NCBI GenBank assembly: GCA_051313645.2
Contig: JBNRSN020000004.1
Span: forward strand, 204,662,001-204,726,000
Length of the DNA: 64,000 nucleotides
Direction: 5' to 3'
Origin: Centroscyllium fabricii
Taxonomy: Eukaryota
Part shown: in pieces, positions 39,853 through 51,994 of the stretch
How the letters are laid out: each line of letters starts with the position of its first letter
Position numbering within the stretch: position 1 is the first letter of the stretch
Notes under the pieces: model-generated
Told to the model about the DNA's origin: nothing
Databases searched by the model: none
Seen by the model: the letters and a program-made list of their open reading frames with translations, nothing else
Program-made: the position numbers and the translations under genes

Positions 39853-40197
39853 CAGGTTGAGCACCGGTAATCCGGCACCCGATGGTCCGGCAGCTTCAGT
39901 GGTCCGGCACGATTGGAAATCCGCGCTCATTTTGCGGAGCAGCCACTTGGCGGCGCCACCGTTTCCCGCGAAGGGTGAGCGAGCGCTAAAGGCGTCGGGC
40001 GTTTGGGTTGCTACTTTTTTAGGTTCTTTAAGTGTTCTATTCCCGGGCTCCCTCCCGGGGAGTGTTCTACTCACGCGTTCCGGGCCCCGGGGAGTGTTCT
40101 ACCCGCGCACTCCCCCCGAACCTCCAGTGGTTCGGAATTTTCAATGGTCCGGCACCAGCCTGGTCCCAAGGGTGCCGGATTAACGGTGCTCAGCCTG
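39853..40197. mobile_element. Tigger/pogo-like MITE (345 bp)
   Basis: 27-bp TIRs caggttgagcaccggtaatccggcacc / ggtgccggattaacggtgctcagcctg and a TA TSD. Confidence 0.9.
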
Positions 40198-40381
40198 TAC
40201 CACATTTTACATCACGTCTTATTTCACAGGCCATGTTTTCCATTGCGACAACTTTCATGTCACTTTTCACATCATGTTTCATGTCATATTACGTTTTAGG
40301 AGACGTCATGTTTTACTAGCTCCTTCATTAGCTCAGTGTCAGTTTTTGTCTTATTACACTCCTATGAAGCACCGTGGGACA

Positions 40382-40687
40382 TTAGTGGTTAGCACTGTTG
40401 CCTCACAGCACTAGGGGCCCGGGTTCAAATCCGGCCTCGGGTGACTATCTGTGTAGAGTTTGCACATTCTCCCCGTGTCTGCGTGGGTTTCCTCCGGGTG
40501 CTCTGGTTTCCTCCCACAGTCCAAAGATGTGCGGGTTAGGTTGATTGGCCAGGATAAATTGACCCTTAGTGTTAGGGCGATTAAATATGTGGGTGTTACG
40601 GGGATAGGGTGGGATATGTGTCGGTGCAGGCTCGATGGGCCGAAATGGCCTCTATCTGCACTGTAGGGATTCTATGATTCTATGATT
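40382..40687 (+). mobile_element. HE1-like V-SINE inserted into an L2-type tail
   Basis: B box gggttcaaatcc, V-domain and (gattctat)n tail; L2-like tail sequence flanks both sides. Confidence 0.85.
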
Positions 40688-40814
40688 AGAGGCTCTATAT
40701 AAATGTAAGTTGATGTTCTTAATAAGCAAACTTGCAAGAATATGAGGAAAATACAAATTACCTTTGCACAAATAACACCAATGCCAAATTGAGTCACGGT
40801 GTTAATATTAGCAT

Positions 40815-41000
40815 TCTCTGCCTCTCTACCTCTCTTTCCTCCTTTAAGACACTCCTTAAAACCTACCTCTTTGACCAGGTTTAATATCCCCTTTTGTGGC
40901 TCGTGTCAAATTTTGTTTGTTAATGCTCCTGTGCAGCGCCTTGGAACATTTTACTACATCAAAGGTGCTATATAAATGCAAGTTGTTTTTGTTGTTGTTT
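40815..41000 (+). mobile_element. L2 LINE 3' end
   Basis: ctccttaaaacctacctctttgacc...ggtgctatataaatgcaagttg followed by (ttg)n. Confidence 0.7.
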
Positions 41001-41400
41001 AATGGTCAATGTTAATTGAGGCTTGCCTGAAGGTAAATTTCTGTGTTGAGCCTTCTTTAACAAGCATTTTATGTCAATGGAATGGCAGACCAGGGAAGAT
41101 CATTTTAAGTCTTGTGCAGACATGTTCTCTGAAAGTTAAAACTTCTCTAACTAATCTTTCTGGTCTACCCGTAACAGCCAAGGCTGTCAACATTAAGATG
41201 TTCCTCAGATTGTGCTGGAGGTTACATAGGAGGAAATTATCCTTTTCTTGGCCTCTGACTTTTATTTGCTAAATTTACATTTGGAGATTAAACCAGAATG
41301 TTAGACTTTCTTGCTAAAGTTTTTGATAGAGAAATGCAGCAGAAAATTCAAAATCATGGAACTATCCTGCCATTGATTAATTGAACTTTTCAAAGATTTT

Positions 41401-42284
41401 GGGGGAAAAATTCAGTTGGTTTGTGCCTCCCGTTAGCGCCTTAAGAGGGTGCTAATGGGGTGCAAAGCAACTAGCGCCTGGGCGCGGCGGTTTGCGCCGC
41501 TCACAAAATTAACTAGACATTTTGCGGCGGCGCTAAACACTACCACCATGATCCCGTGCACTGGCAGATCGTGACGTCAGTCGAGTGTGCAATGCCCCAG
41601 TAGCACCCCAGACCGGATATTGAGTGGCGCCCCCTGCCTTACTGCCTGCTGCTAGCAATGACAGGTTGATGGGAGCATTTTGCAGTCAGGAAGGGACTGG
41701 GGGAGCGCTATTTAAAGGCGGCCGCTTCCTGCCTTTGTTTGTTGGTGACATTTTTGCACCACGCATTCTGAGAGACAGAGAGAGAGACAGACATCTGGAG
41801 CGATTCAACGCCATGTGAAAGTGTTTTGGGTACTGAGCAGCACTTTGATTTGCCATTCCTTGTATCGATTTAGGAGAGACTGTGGGGGCTGCATTTTGAC
41901 CTCTTTCCCTGGGTCTCTCCATTGTTCTTTCCAGCAGATTTGATGTACAGGTCTCTCCAGGCCGAGATTCAAGGCTGCAATGAGCAGGATGTGGATGGAG
42001 AGCAAGATCGACCCTCCCCTTTAAAAACTGGCTGGCTCCAGTGTGTCTGTGTTCCATTGCTGACTGACATCACATGAGCTTCACCAGCGCTCTGAGGTAG
42101 TGCCTCGCTCCTCGGCGTTTGCGCCTTAAGACAGGTGTGAAGCGCCTGATTCAGTGCTCCAATCACCTCCAGGGGCAATAAAAGCCAAGTTTGCAGTTGG
42201 AGGCGATAATTAGCGGCAGGCACAAAACTTTGGGGCGCGATTATCGACTGGGCACAAACAGGGCGGATACTGAATTTTTCCCCC
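41401..42284. mobile_element. Non-autonomous PIF/Harbinger element
   Basis: TIRs gggggaaaaattcagt / actgaatttttccccc, 3-bp TSD TTT; left end nearly identical to that of 45672-46233. Confidence 0.8.
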
Positions 42285-42592
42285 TTTATGTCAGTCAATA
42301 CAAATAATCCATTTATCAGGAAGATACCAAACACCCAGACAGATAATACATTTGTCATGATGCCCTGGAGGGAAGGGAAGCTTAGAATAACATCAACTGA
42401 ACTATAGCAAGGAGCAGATGCTGTACTTTTCAATAGAAAAGTGTAAGGAGTTCCTCTTGATAGCTCATTCAGTTGGTGTGGGACTAAGCTTTGGTGGAAC
42501 AAAACGGTTCCAGGTTTGATCCTTGCTCTGTTCTAAGTAACCTGGAGCTGGATTCTCCTCCTGTTGGTGTTTCCTCTCGGATTCCACACTCA

Positions 42593-43368
42593 GGGGTGAA
42601 TTTCATGTCCCCGTGAGGCGGGGTTTTTGGCGGCCCGGCCAGCAAAATAGCGGAATCGGTGGGTCCCGACACCGCCCCCCCCCCCCCCCGCCGTATCCCT
42701 GCCGCTTTCTCATTTTCCCCCGCCCAGTTTCCCCGCCCCGAAACCTTCCCGCCAGTGGCCGGCGGGGATGGGTTGTCACCTCGTTAAGGGCCCTTAATTG
42801 GCATCTTTAATGCCATTTTAAGGGCCCTCAGCCATTTTGCCCTGTTTCCCGCCCTAACCCCATCACCTTAAAACACAGCGCTGGTTATAACTTTCTCCTT
42901 CAAGGTGTGAACGACATGCTGCCAAATGCTTGGCATGCCTCCAGCACCTTAGAGGAGTAAGTAACTCCGTGCTGGCTGCAGCAGCTGTGAGCAGAAACTG
43001 ACAAACCTCAGCTTTGCACATTTGCTCACAGCCGGTGCGAGCTGTCAAGTATTCTGAGCCCGCCCGCCCACCTGTCACTCACCAGCACTTGACCGTTCCC
43101 ATTGGTTCCACGCGACTGTGATGTCACAGTGGTGTGTTTCCATGGGAACTGTCAACAACCAGTGCTGGAACTGTCAATCAAACTCCTCGCAGCCCCGATG
43201 CAGCCTGACTCGATTGACTTAATTACCTCCCGCTGCCACCGGCGGGGATTTAACAACCCAATTAAATTAAAATTGTGTGGCCTTCCCAGCTGTTTGGGTG
43301 GGCGGGACAGGAAGCTGCCCCGACCAATCCCCGCCAGGTTCCCGCCCTTCTGGCAAAGTCCCCCCCCC
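42593..43368. mobile_element. Probable Harbinger-related MITE
   Basis: G-run and C-run ends with GC-rich subterminal ggcggg/cccgcc motifs; TIRs are degenerate. Confidence 0.4.
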
Positions 43369-43559
43369 TATGTATGCGCAATGGGTTTGGGGCGATGTTA
43401 CTGCTTCTGATAGCTTTGCTTTTGCTGGGAGAAATGGAAATTTAGAGTTGCAGCATTGCACGGAAAACATTGCACAGAACGATTACCGCCCTTCCCCACC
43501 CCCCAACCCCATGGTTAAGATCATTAGGACTTTTTAAATATTGGAGGCAACCTATTTAA

Positions 43560-44045
43560 AAAAAAAAAAATTAAATGGGATGTGGGCGTCGCTGGCTGGC
43601 TAGGCCTGCATTTAGTGCCCATCCCTAATTGCCCTTGAGAAGATGGTGGTGAGCTGCCTTCTTGAACCGCTGCAGTCCATATGGTGTAGGTACACCCACA
43701 ATGTTGCATAGCGGTTGTTTTTACAACTGAGTGGCTTGCGAGGTCATTTCAGAGGGCATTAAGAGTCAACCACATTGCTGTGGGTCTGGAGTCACATGTA
43801 GGCCAGACCAGGTAAGGACGGCAGATTTCCTTCCCTAAAGGACATTAGTGAACCAGATGGGTTTTTGCAACAATCGACAATGATATCATGGTCGCCATTA
43901 CTAAGACTAACATTTAATTCCAGAATTAAATTGAATTGAATTTAAATTCCACCAGCTGCCGTGGTAGGATTTGAACCCATATCCTCAGAGCATTTGACTG
44001 AGCCTCTGGCTTACTAGTCTAGTGACATAACCACTACGCCACCTC
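43560..44045 (-). mobile_element. tRNA-derived SINE whose tail matches the LINE at 24660-25594
   Basis: Head ggcgtagtggttatgtcactagactagt...gggttcaaatcc; the tail is homologous to ~25450-25580. Confidence 0.75.
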
Positions 44046-44431
44046 CTCCCCCGACCTGGGTAGGGAATTGAATGGGAGGTAGGAGACAGAGAGTAGGGAT
44101 AATGGGTATGTACTACAATTGGCAGGATGTGACGAGTGGTGTCCCCCAGGGATCTGTACTGGAACTTCTGCTTATATTTATCAATGATTTGGAAGAAGGA
44201 TATATCCAAGTTTGCTGACAAAACTAAGTTAGGTGGCACAGCAAGTAGTGTAGATGGGTACAAAATGTTACAAAGTGACAATGATAGACTAAGTGAGTGG
44301 GCAAAACTGTGGCAGATGGAATTCAATGTGGGGATATGTGAGGTCATCCCCTTTGAACCCAAGATAGATCAGTGTATTTTCTAAATGGTGAGAAGCTAGG
44401 AACTGTGAAAGAGCAGAGAGATTCAGGGGTC

Positions 44432-45195
44432 ATACAGCACAGAAAGAGGCCCTTCGGCCCATCATGTCCATGATGGCCATCAAGCCCTGTCTATTCTAAT
44501 CCCATTTTCCAGCACTTGGTCCGTAGCCTTGTATGCTATGGCATTTCAAGTGCTCATCTAAATGCTTCTTGAATGATGAAGGAGCAGCGCTCCGACAGCT
44601 TGTGATTTCAAATAAAACTGTTGGACTACAACCTGGTGTTGTGTGACTTCTTACATTCTTGAATGTTGTGAGGGCGCCTGCCTCTACCATCCTTTCAGGC
44701 AGCGAGTTCCAGACTCCAACCACCCTCTGGGTGAAGAAGTTCTTCCTTAAATCACCTCTAAACCTCCTTCCCCTTACCTTGAAACTATGCCCCCTTGTTA
44801 TTGACCCCTCTACTAAGGGGAAAAGTTCCTTTCTATCTACCCTATCTATGCCCCTCATCATTTTGTACACCTCAATCAGGTCCCCCCCTCAGCCTTCTCT
44901 GCTCCAAGGAAAAGAACCCAGCCTGTCCAGTCTTTCTTCACAGCTGAAGCGCTCCAGCCCAGGTAACATCCTGGTGAATCTCCTCTGCACCCTTCCTGTT
45001 GTGTGGTGACCAGAACTGCACACAGTATTCCAGCTGTGGCCTAACTAGTGTTTTGTAAAGCTCCATCATAACCTCCCTGTTCTTATATTCTATGCCTCAG
45101 CTAATGAAGGCAAGTATCCCATATGCCTTTTTAACCACCTTATCTACCTGTCCTGCTGCCTTCAGGGATCCACGTACATGCACACCAAGGTCCAT
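44432..45195 (-). mobile_element. CR1 LINE 3' fragment nested in opposite orientation
   Basis: YKMMRGIDRVDRKELFPLVEGSITRGHSFKVRGRRFRGDLRKNFFTQRVVGVWNSLP, then a CR1 3' stem gggccgaagggcct. Confidence 0.88.
44576..44655 (+). mobile_element. 80-bp Penelope-like 3' terminus
   Basis: Same sequence as the right arm at 36858-36940; 10-bp TSD TTCTTGAATG; hammerhead core is truncated and has GACA in place of GAAA. Confidence 0.75.
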
Positions 45196-45671
45196 GCAAA
45201 AAATTATTTAAAAGGCCAATGTTAGCATTCATCTCAAGGGGGCAGGAATACATAGGGGTGGAAGATCTGTCACAGTTGTATACTGCTCTGGTTAGACCGT
45301 ATCTGGAGCACGACATTCAGTTCTGGGCACCGCATCTCAGGAAGGATATACAGCATTGGCCTTGGAGGGGGTGCAGCACAGATTCACCACAGTGATACTG
45401 GGGCTAAAAGGGTTAAATTATGAGGATAGGTTGCATAGACTAGGCTTGAGTTTAGAAGATTAAGGGGCAAAATAATTGAGATGTTTAAGATAATTAAAGG
45501 ATTTGATAGGGTAGACAGAGAGAAACTACTTTCTCTGGTGGGGAGCCCACAACAAGAGGGCACAATCTTAAAATGAGAACTAGGCCGTTCATGGGTGATA
45601 TCAGGAATAACTTCTTCACACAAAAGGTAGTGAAAATTTGGAATTCTCCCTCAAAAAACTGTTGCGTCTAT

Positions 45672-46233
45672 GGGGGGAAAATTCAGTTGATTTGTGCCTC
45701 CAGTTAGCGCCCTAAGAGGGCGCAAAGCAACTAGCGTCTGGGCGCGACACCGCTAACGCTTGCCGCAAAATTCAGCGTGAAGGTAGCGGCGGCAATAACC
45801 GTTAGGGCCCTGCAGCATTGCACCTCCGGCGATGACTTCATCGCCGTGCGCAGCGCTCCACTCGCGCCCCAGCCACAATCTTCGGTAGTGCCCCCTGACT
45901 TACCGTAGGACGCGATGTCCAACAGGATCAAGGGGGCTTGCCTGCAGCCGAGCAGCGCAAATTAAAGGGGAGCTGCCGGGTGGCCATTTTTGTTGCTAGC
46001 CGCCTGCCACCACCTGCCCCGTTGCTGTCCCCGACCTCCTCAAAGCCCCCCCACGGGGTATCGGCTGTGCTCCCTGAGCCCGGCACTCCTTTTTGCCAGC
46101 ACGCCGATCCCTGGTGGCCCAGCTGGGCCCCGGCTTGCGCTGCGCTTGGCCCCTCTCTTTAATAAGGGGAGGAAGGCCTGCAGTACCGCAGCGCCATGTG
46201 CCGCAGATCATGGCATGACCCAATTTTGCCCCC
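45672..46233. mobile_element. Non-autonomous PIF/Harbinger element
   Basis: ggggggaaaatt / aattttgccccc ends and a 3-bp TSD TAT. Confidence 0.75.
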
Positions 46234-46699
46234 TATGTCAATTAAAAATTTCAAAACTGAAATTGATAGATTTTTGTTAAGCAGGGGTATCAAGGGTTAC
46301 AGAACCCGAATGCAGTCAGGGGCGCAACTGACCAATGCGCAGGAAATCCTGCTCCACCATTTTTACAGCAGCAAAGCAGAATCGTGAGTTTTCAGGGCCT
46401 CAGTGTCTGGGATCAGACAACTACAACATCAACTTGTGCTAAAATAGTGCTTTTAACGTAGTAAAATGTCCCTAGGCACTTCACAAGAGTGTTATCAAAC
46501 ATAAGCAGATATTAGGGCAGATGCTTGGTCAAAGAGGTAGGCTTTAAGGAGCATCTTAACATTCTGGACATTAGATGAGGACGAAGACCAGCCACGGCAC
46601 CAGCAAAACCATGAACAACAGCAGCACCAACAGCAGCAACACCAGCAGGAGCGCCAAGCTGCTGCTCACGCACCTTAAGCTGCACAGGCCAGAAGGGGC

Positions 46700-47725
46700 C
46701 AGCGCATGGAAGCCCGTCGGTGCAGGAGATACCCCTCAAACAGGGTCTACAGACACAGGGTCAGCTACCTCAACATGTCTGAGCAGCAGCGCCAAAGGTG
46801 GCTCCGACTTTCATGAGAGGTAGTGACTGACATCTGTGCAATGCTGCAAAAAGACCTGCAGCCCAGAGGACCAGGTGGACAACCCTTACCAGTGGCCGTC
46901 AAAGTCACACCGCACTCAACCTTTTTGCCTCAAGCTCATTCCAGGGATCAGCAGCAAACATCAGCGGCACCTCCCAGGCGGCCACACACACTTGCATCAC
47001 GCAGGTAACCGATGCCCTCTTTGCCATCGTGCACAATCACATCCATTTCACCAAGGATCAAGCAAGTGTCACTAGCTAATCTGGCAGGCTTTCCAAGGGT
47101 GCAGGGCGTCGTTGACTGCACACATGTGGCCCTTAAGGCACCTCATTGCAATCCAGGTATTTTTGTCAACCGTAAGGGCTTCCAGTCCTTCAAAGTTCAG
47201 CTGGTGTGTGACAAGAAGGACATTTTGCATGTTTGTGCCAAGTACCCTGGCAGTTGCCATGACTCCATCATACTGTGCCAGTCTAGTGTGCCTCCGCTTT
47301 TCAGCCCACCAGACCAACTTAACGGGTGGCTACTTGGAGACAAGGGCTATCCCCTGAAGACGTGGCTAACGAAGCTGAGGAGAGCTACAACTCCAGTCAC
47401 ATGTCCACCAGAGCCATAATCGAGCAAACCATCGGTTTGCTGAAGATGCGCTTCAGATGCCTTGATAGATCAGGTGGAGCCTTGCAGTACTCCAGCAGCC
47501 AGGGTCTCCAGAATCGTCGTAGTTTGCTGTGCACTTCACAACATGGCACAGTGTCGTGGCTTGCAGATTCCTGAGGACCAAGTGGCTCGTTACATATCCA
47601 CCTCAGATGAGGAGGAGGAGGAAAATGAACATCTTGCAGAGGCCCATCAACCAGTGGCAGCAGTACGTGAGAACATTGCTGCCCTGGATGCAAGGAACAC
47701 ATTCATCTTGGCCAGATTTGCTTAG
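46700..47725 (+). pseudogene. Harbinger (HARBI1-like) DDE transposase, frameshifted
   Basis: [61 protein letters not shown] and VCCALHN motifs spread across several frames. Confidence 0.92.
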
Positions 47726-47982
47726 CCTAGCCAATCAAGCACTTTTGCCTCGCAGCTTCTTACCTGAGCATCGACAATGGCCAAGGACCAGAGGATTCCT
47801 AGCAATTTGACCACCATTCTGACAATTGCAAGTAATCCTAAGCCCTCAATGCAGAAGTCCCATTTGCAAAATGTCACATGCCACAACTACAGCAGTAGCC
47901 ATCAGATTTTTTATTTACAGTAATCATCTGATGGCTTTTTGACATAAAATATCAAATTTCACCCAAGTGCCTACCCTTGTGA

Positions 47983-49884
47983 CTATTTGTGCAGTATCTT
48001 TCTCTTATGCATGCTCCTACGTGTTGCTTCCCCTGTGGCTTCAGCAGATGCAAAGGCCCCTTGCTCACTTTCTTGCTGCTCCTGTCTCAACACCTTTGGC
48101 AGGCATCCTCTGGGGTTGCGAACCTGTGAGGACTCGTCAACAGTCTGCTGCTCCTGCGGCTGTGCAGGGGTTGAGATGCCGATCTCAGTTGGGTGGGGAC
48201 TCTGGTGGAGCTCTGACCGAGGGCTCTGCCGTGGCATGGAAGTGTGAGTGCTTGAAGAGGAGCCACCACTTCCTTGATGTCTGCCACCAACTTCCCTCTC
48301 ATGGGTCAGATCCCCCTCAGCGCTTGCAATTGGCTTGAGAGCACCTTGCTGCACATCAAGGAAGCCATGGGGACCTGTATCTGCATCGGCAGTCCTACTC
48401 AGAAGGACTTCCATGAAGGTCTGGTTTCTCTGTTCAATAGCTGACCATCGCTCCTCCAGAGATGTCATTCTATTCAGAACACTCACCATGTTTTCTGCAC
48501 TCTGGCAACTTACCACCTCCATGGTGATGCGTTCATGTGCCAATGACTCCACAAAGGCTCTACCCATGTTCGCAATGGACTCCTCCATTCGCTCCACACT
48601 CACAGCGCCCCTGGACACAAAACCTGCCAGAGACTCCTGCATTAGTTCCTGGAGTTCCAGCACCGCTGGTCTTATGGATGGACCCAGAGGCAGAGGGTCG
48701 GAATGCAACTGAGCCGAGCTGGCAGAGTCCTGCGCCCTCCGACTAGGACTCTCTACTGCTGTCCCTGTCTCCACAATCTGCTGATACTCACTTGTGAGCT
48801 GTGATACACTAGGTGACAATAGAACTCTATCTTGCGATGGTCCCACAGGGGTGTGAGTGTCTGCGCTGGTGCTGGGTATGCTGAATTCTGCTGATGCTGC
48901 GCCCTCAGAGGTTGCATCTTCCTCTGAGGAGTCTGGATGCTCAGGCTGTTCCTCCTGGCTAGTGGGGATGGCTGCTTGCGATGGTCTTGTAGGGGAGTAA
49001 CGAAAGAGTCAGAGATGTGATGCCAACGTTAAATACACATTGCATACTGCAGATGATCATAAGTCCATCTGTTGGAGCTTCAGAATCATTATCAGCGACT
49101 CATGCAATATCATTGAGAGAGATGGAAAACTATTCTGTCACCAGATTTCTGTGATGTGCCCGTCTGTCCATCCCCCACTTGGGAACCTTCCTCCACTCCC
49201 ACGATCTCCAGGACCTCCTCCTCCCAGGTGGTGAGCTGGGCTACTGAGGGTGGTCCTCCTCCTGTCCTTGCTCTTTCCCTTTTATTGTGAGCTCTCTTTT
49301 CCTGCAATGAGGGAGACAAGTGGAGTTTGAGTGAGAATGAAGGAGCGAGTGTAGAGATTCCATAGCATAGATGCTTAGAAGGAGACAAAGATGGAGTGAG
49401 GTGGCTAGACCAAGGGCCCTCCCTGTGTGTTGTTAGTTGTTTTCATAGTATCACAGTGATAGGGAGTGTGAGGGCTGCATAGTCAAATAGTTAGGTGAAT
49501 GTGACCATAGAGAGAGAGGGAATGGGTAAGGGTGCATGGATGTCAGTGTCAAGTGGGATGTGGAGGAAGAGATTGCTAAAGCTGAGTGCTGGTGAGGAAA
49601 GGCAATGGGGATCAGATTGAGGGTGCTGGGAATTTCATACTCACTTTTCCAGTGCACAGAAGGTCATGAAATCTCTTCCTGCACTGAGGCCAGGTTCTGC
49701 GGGTTGCTGACAAGGAGTTGACCTCCTCAGCGACCTGGATCCACACAGCCTTGGTTTGCTGGGGAGGCTTCTACCTCCCTGAAGAAGGGAAGAGCACCTC
49801 CTTATTTGCTCTTGCTCCCTCTACTAAAGCCTGCAGGGCAACGTCATCGAAGCAGGGATCAGACCTAGGTCTCTGGCTGGCCAT
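47983..49884 (-). pseudogene. Harbinger Myb/SANT-like DNA-binding protein, 3 exons (49884-49645, 49301-49142, ~48986-47983)
   Basis: Exon 1 MASQRPRSDPCFDDVALQALV...W..VAEEVN...RTWPQCRKRFHDL has one TAG; donor GTGAGT; exon 2 EKRAHNKRERARTGGGPP; the exon 3 acceptor appears mutated CAG>CAA. Confidence 0.85.
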
Positions 49885-50365
49885 TTTGCCTGCAGGTGCC
49901 TCTCACTGCAAAGGCCAAAAGGTTGGCAGTCTGCAGAAGAAGCAAGGCTTGTTGCAGACCTTAAATGCAGCAGCATTGATGACATCATCGGAGGCGACTT
50001 TCAGACTGGAAAAATTCATTGGCCATGGGTTCCCATACGTTGGAACTCAATTGGCCAATTAAATTAACATCGCATCATTCTCCCTCATCGATTTAGAATC
50101 AGGTGGCTAACACGAAATGCGGATTACACAACCCCAGCCTGCCCCAGTGCCAAAATCCAGCCCAATGGCTTTGATCTTCCCAATATTTAGTAGGAGTAGG
50201 AATGAATGAAGTTAAATGAAGAATAGACCCTGGGAAAGGTTCTGCCAGCGCCTGCGGGAATGTATGTTAAGATGAAACACACCTTTAGAAAAGAAGGGAA
50301 GGAAACTGGAAAAAAATCCAATAGTGAGATCTTTTTATACAGCTTCAAAATGATTAAGAAAGAAC

Positions 50366-50500
50366 TTGCATTTATATAGTGCCTTCAGTATTACACTGAA
50401 GTGTCAGCCTAAACTACATGCTCAAGTCTCTGTAACAGGTTTGAACCCACAACCTTCTGACTTGGAAGCAAGAGTGCTACCATCGAGCCAAGGCTGACAC
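50366..50500 (-). mobile_element. Internally deleted SacSINE1-like SINE
   Basis: Tail aagaacttgcatttatatag joined directly to the tRNA-like head; compare 37405-37873. Confidence 0.65.
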
Positions 50501-50549
50501 TAGTGCAACTATTGAATTTTGTTATCGGCAACTATTGAATAATCTTCTT

Positions 50550-51030
50550 ACATAGCAACATGAGTAAGCTATTTGCCCAATTGAGTCATCTCAGTCATTT
50601 TTCTGCCCTGGCTATTCTATCCTTTTAATTCCAATCCCCTTTTTCTCCAGAGCCCTTAATGCCCTTACTTTTCAGGTAAATGACTATCTTCCTTTTAAAT
50701 ACCTCAACTGACGTTGCAACTGCCTTCTGTGGCAATGCATTCCACATTCTCATAGCCTTTCCCCTGAAAAAAAGTTTGGCCTGGATTCACTTTAACCAGC
50801 TCAGTTTGAATTCTAAGAAATATGCCCCTTGTTCTGAATTCTCCTACTAGCGGGAACTGTGATTTTTCTATCTACTTTATTCTCCTCATCTTCAAGGAAT
50901 ATAACCCAAATTTATCCAGTCTCTCTTCATAACTCAGTTCTTTCATCCATGTATCATCCTGGGGAATCATCAGCAGACTTTCACCAAAGCCTTCTTCCTA
51001 AGGTGAAGTGCCAGGAATTGAACACAACAT
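50550..51030 (-). mobile_element. Old CR1 3' fragment
   Basis: ggcaatgcattccacattctca and tatgcccctt gttct match the CR1 VWN.LP/TRGH region on the minus strand; heavily decayed. Confidence 0.5.
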
Positions 51031-51955
51031 TTTTGGTGTTCGTTTCAGTCTCTGCCAACCAACAAAATGACAATAAATGTAAAAATAACAACTCCAATGT
51101 AATGCTGTTTTTCCTCAGAGAAACATTCTAAATGAACTGCTTTGTAATAAAATCAGACAGTTACTACAGTTTTGTGGAGGTTTTAATTACATTAGACAGC
51201 GCTGTAACATTTACATCTCAATGCAGGGACAAAGAACTGCTGATAAAGCATATTTGTGCACAAAATCTTTGTGTACATGAAAACGACAATAGGTGAGAAC
51301 TGGCCATATAAAGCGATATTAGATCTTTCAAAAACTGAATGGGATCAAGTGACAAGAATTGGATCTTTATGAAAACGTGGTAATAAGTGAAATCCACTCT
51401 ATGACCTTTATACTCGCTATACGTTAGCAGCCAACGAATAATGAAACGTTAAACCGACTTGTTTAGACAAATAATTAAGAGATTAGCAATTACAAAAGTG
51501 AGAATGGATGACGTTTAGTCTATTGCTTAAATGTACATTATTTGTACAAACTGTAAAACTATACACAATGGTGAAAAGGGCCCTAATTGGTCTACATTTA
51601 GGTTTCAATAGAAACAGATATACAGTTAAGTGAAGTAGGTTATGCTTTATAAAACAGCCTGGACAACATTCCTTTGATATGGGCTCTTCACAAATCCTTT
51701 TTCTCTCTCTCTTGCAAAGTTATTTGCTCAGATTGAGATCAAAACAATGTTGCTCTCTTCTCATGGGAAAGTATTGGGTAGCTCTGTAGCACAGCAATTA
51801 CAAATAAGCATCAAGAAACAAGCATAACACACTCGAAATGATGAAGCATCTATGAAGATAGCTTTTTAAAATTTCCAATATCCATTTTGACTGATGAAAC
51901 TTCACTCTGTGATCTTTTTTGTGCAACAAATTGTAGTTAATTTAATTCTTCATAC

Positions 51956-51994
51956 CCGCTCTATGCAAGCTTCCGTCTTCGACTCACTTAAGTA
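51956..51994 (-). CDS. Candidate 39-nt phase-0 coding microexon (YLSESKTEACIER) of an unassigned host gene
   Basis: Acceptor ctttttttgcatacag, donor CGG|gtatga, length is a multiple of 3, only frame 0 is stop-free, and it lies in ~1.7 kb of repeat-free sequence. Confidence 0.6.

Larger units (their letters stand above)
36030..40318. repeat. Degenerate ~17-bp AT-rich tandem repeat (ttttatgtcacrtcaca-like), broken by multiple TE insertions
   Basis: Segments at ~36030-36092, 37093-37400, 37880-38365, 39355-39490, 39710-39850 and 40200-40318 share the unit, e.g. tttaatgtcacgtcaca ttttatgatgcgacaca. Confidence 0.7.
44056..46310 (+). mobile_element. Decayed CR1 LINE 3' portion, interrupted by three nested insertions
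   Basis: SGVPQGSVL and ISKFADKTKLGG RT motifs; the element resumes at ~45195 and ~46237. Confidence 0.8.
46560..50163. mobile_element. Decayed autonomous PIF/Harbinger transposon (convergent transposase and Myb/SANT genes); left TIR missing
   Basis: Two-gene layout; right end aaaatccagccc|aat; L2-like sequence on both sides. Confidence 0.85.

Noticed and set aside
47012-47725. Domesticated host HARBI1 gene
   Set aside because: Frameshifts and stops, an adjacent Myb partner and a TIR indicate a dead transposon copy.
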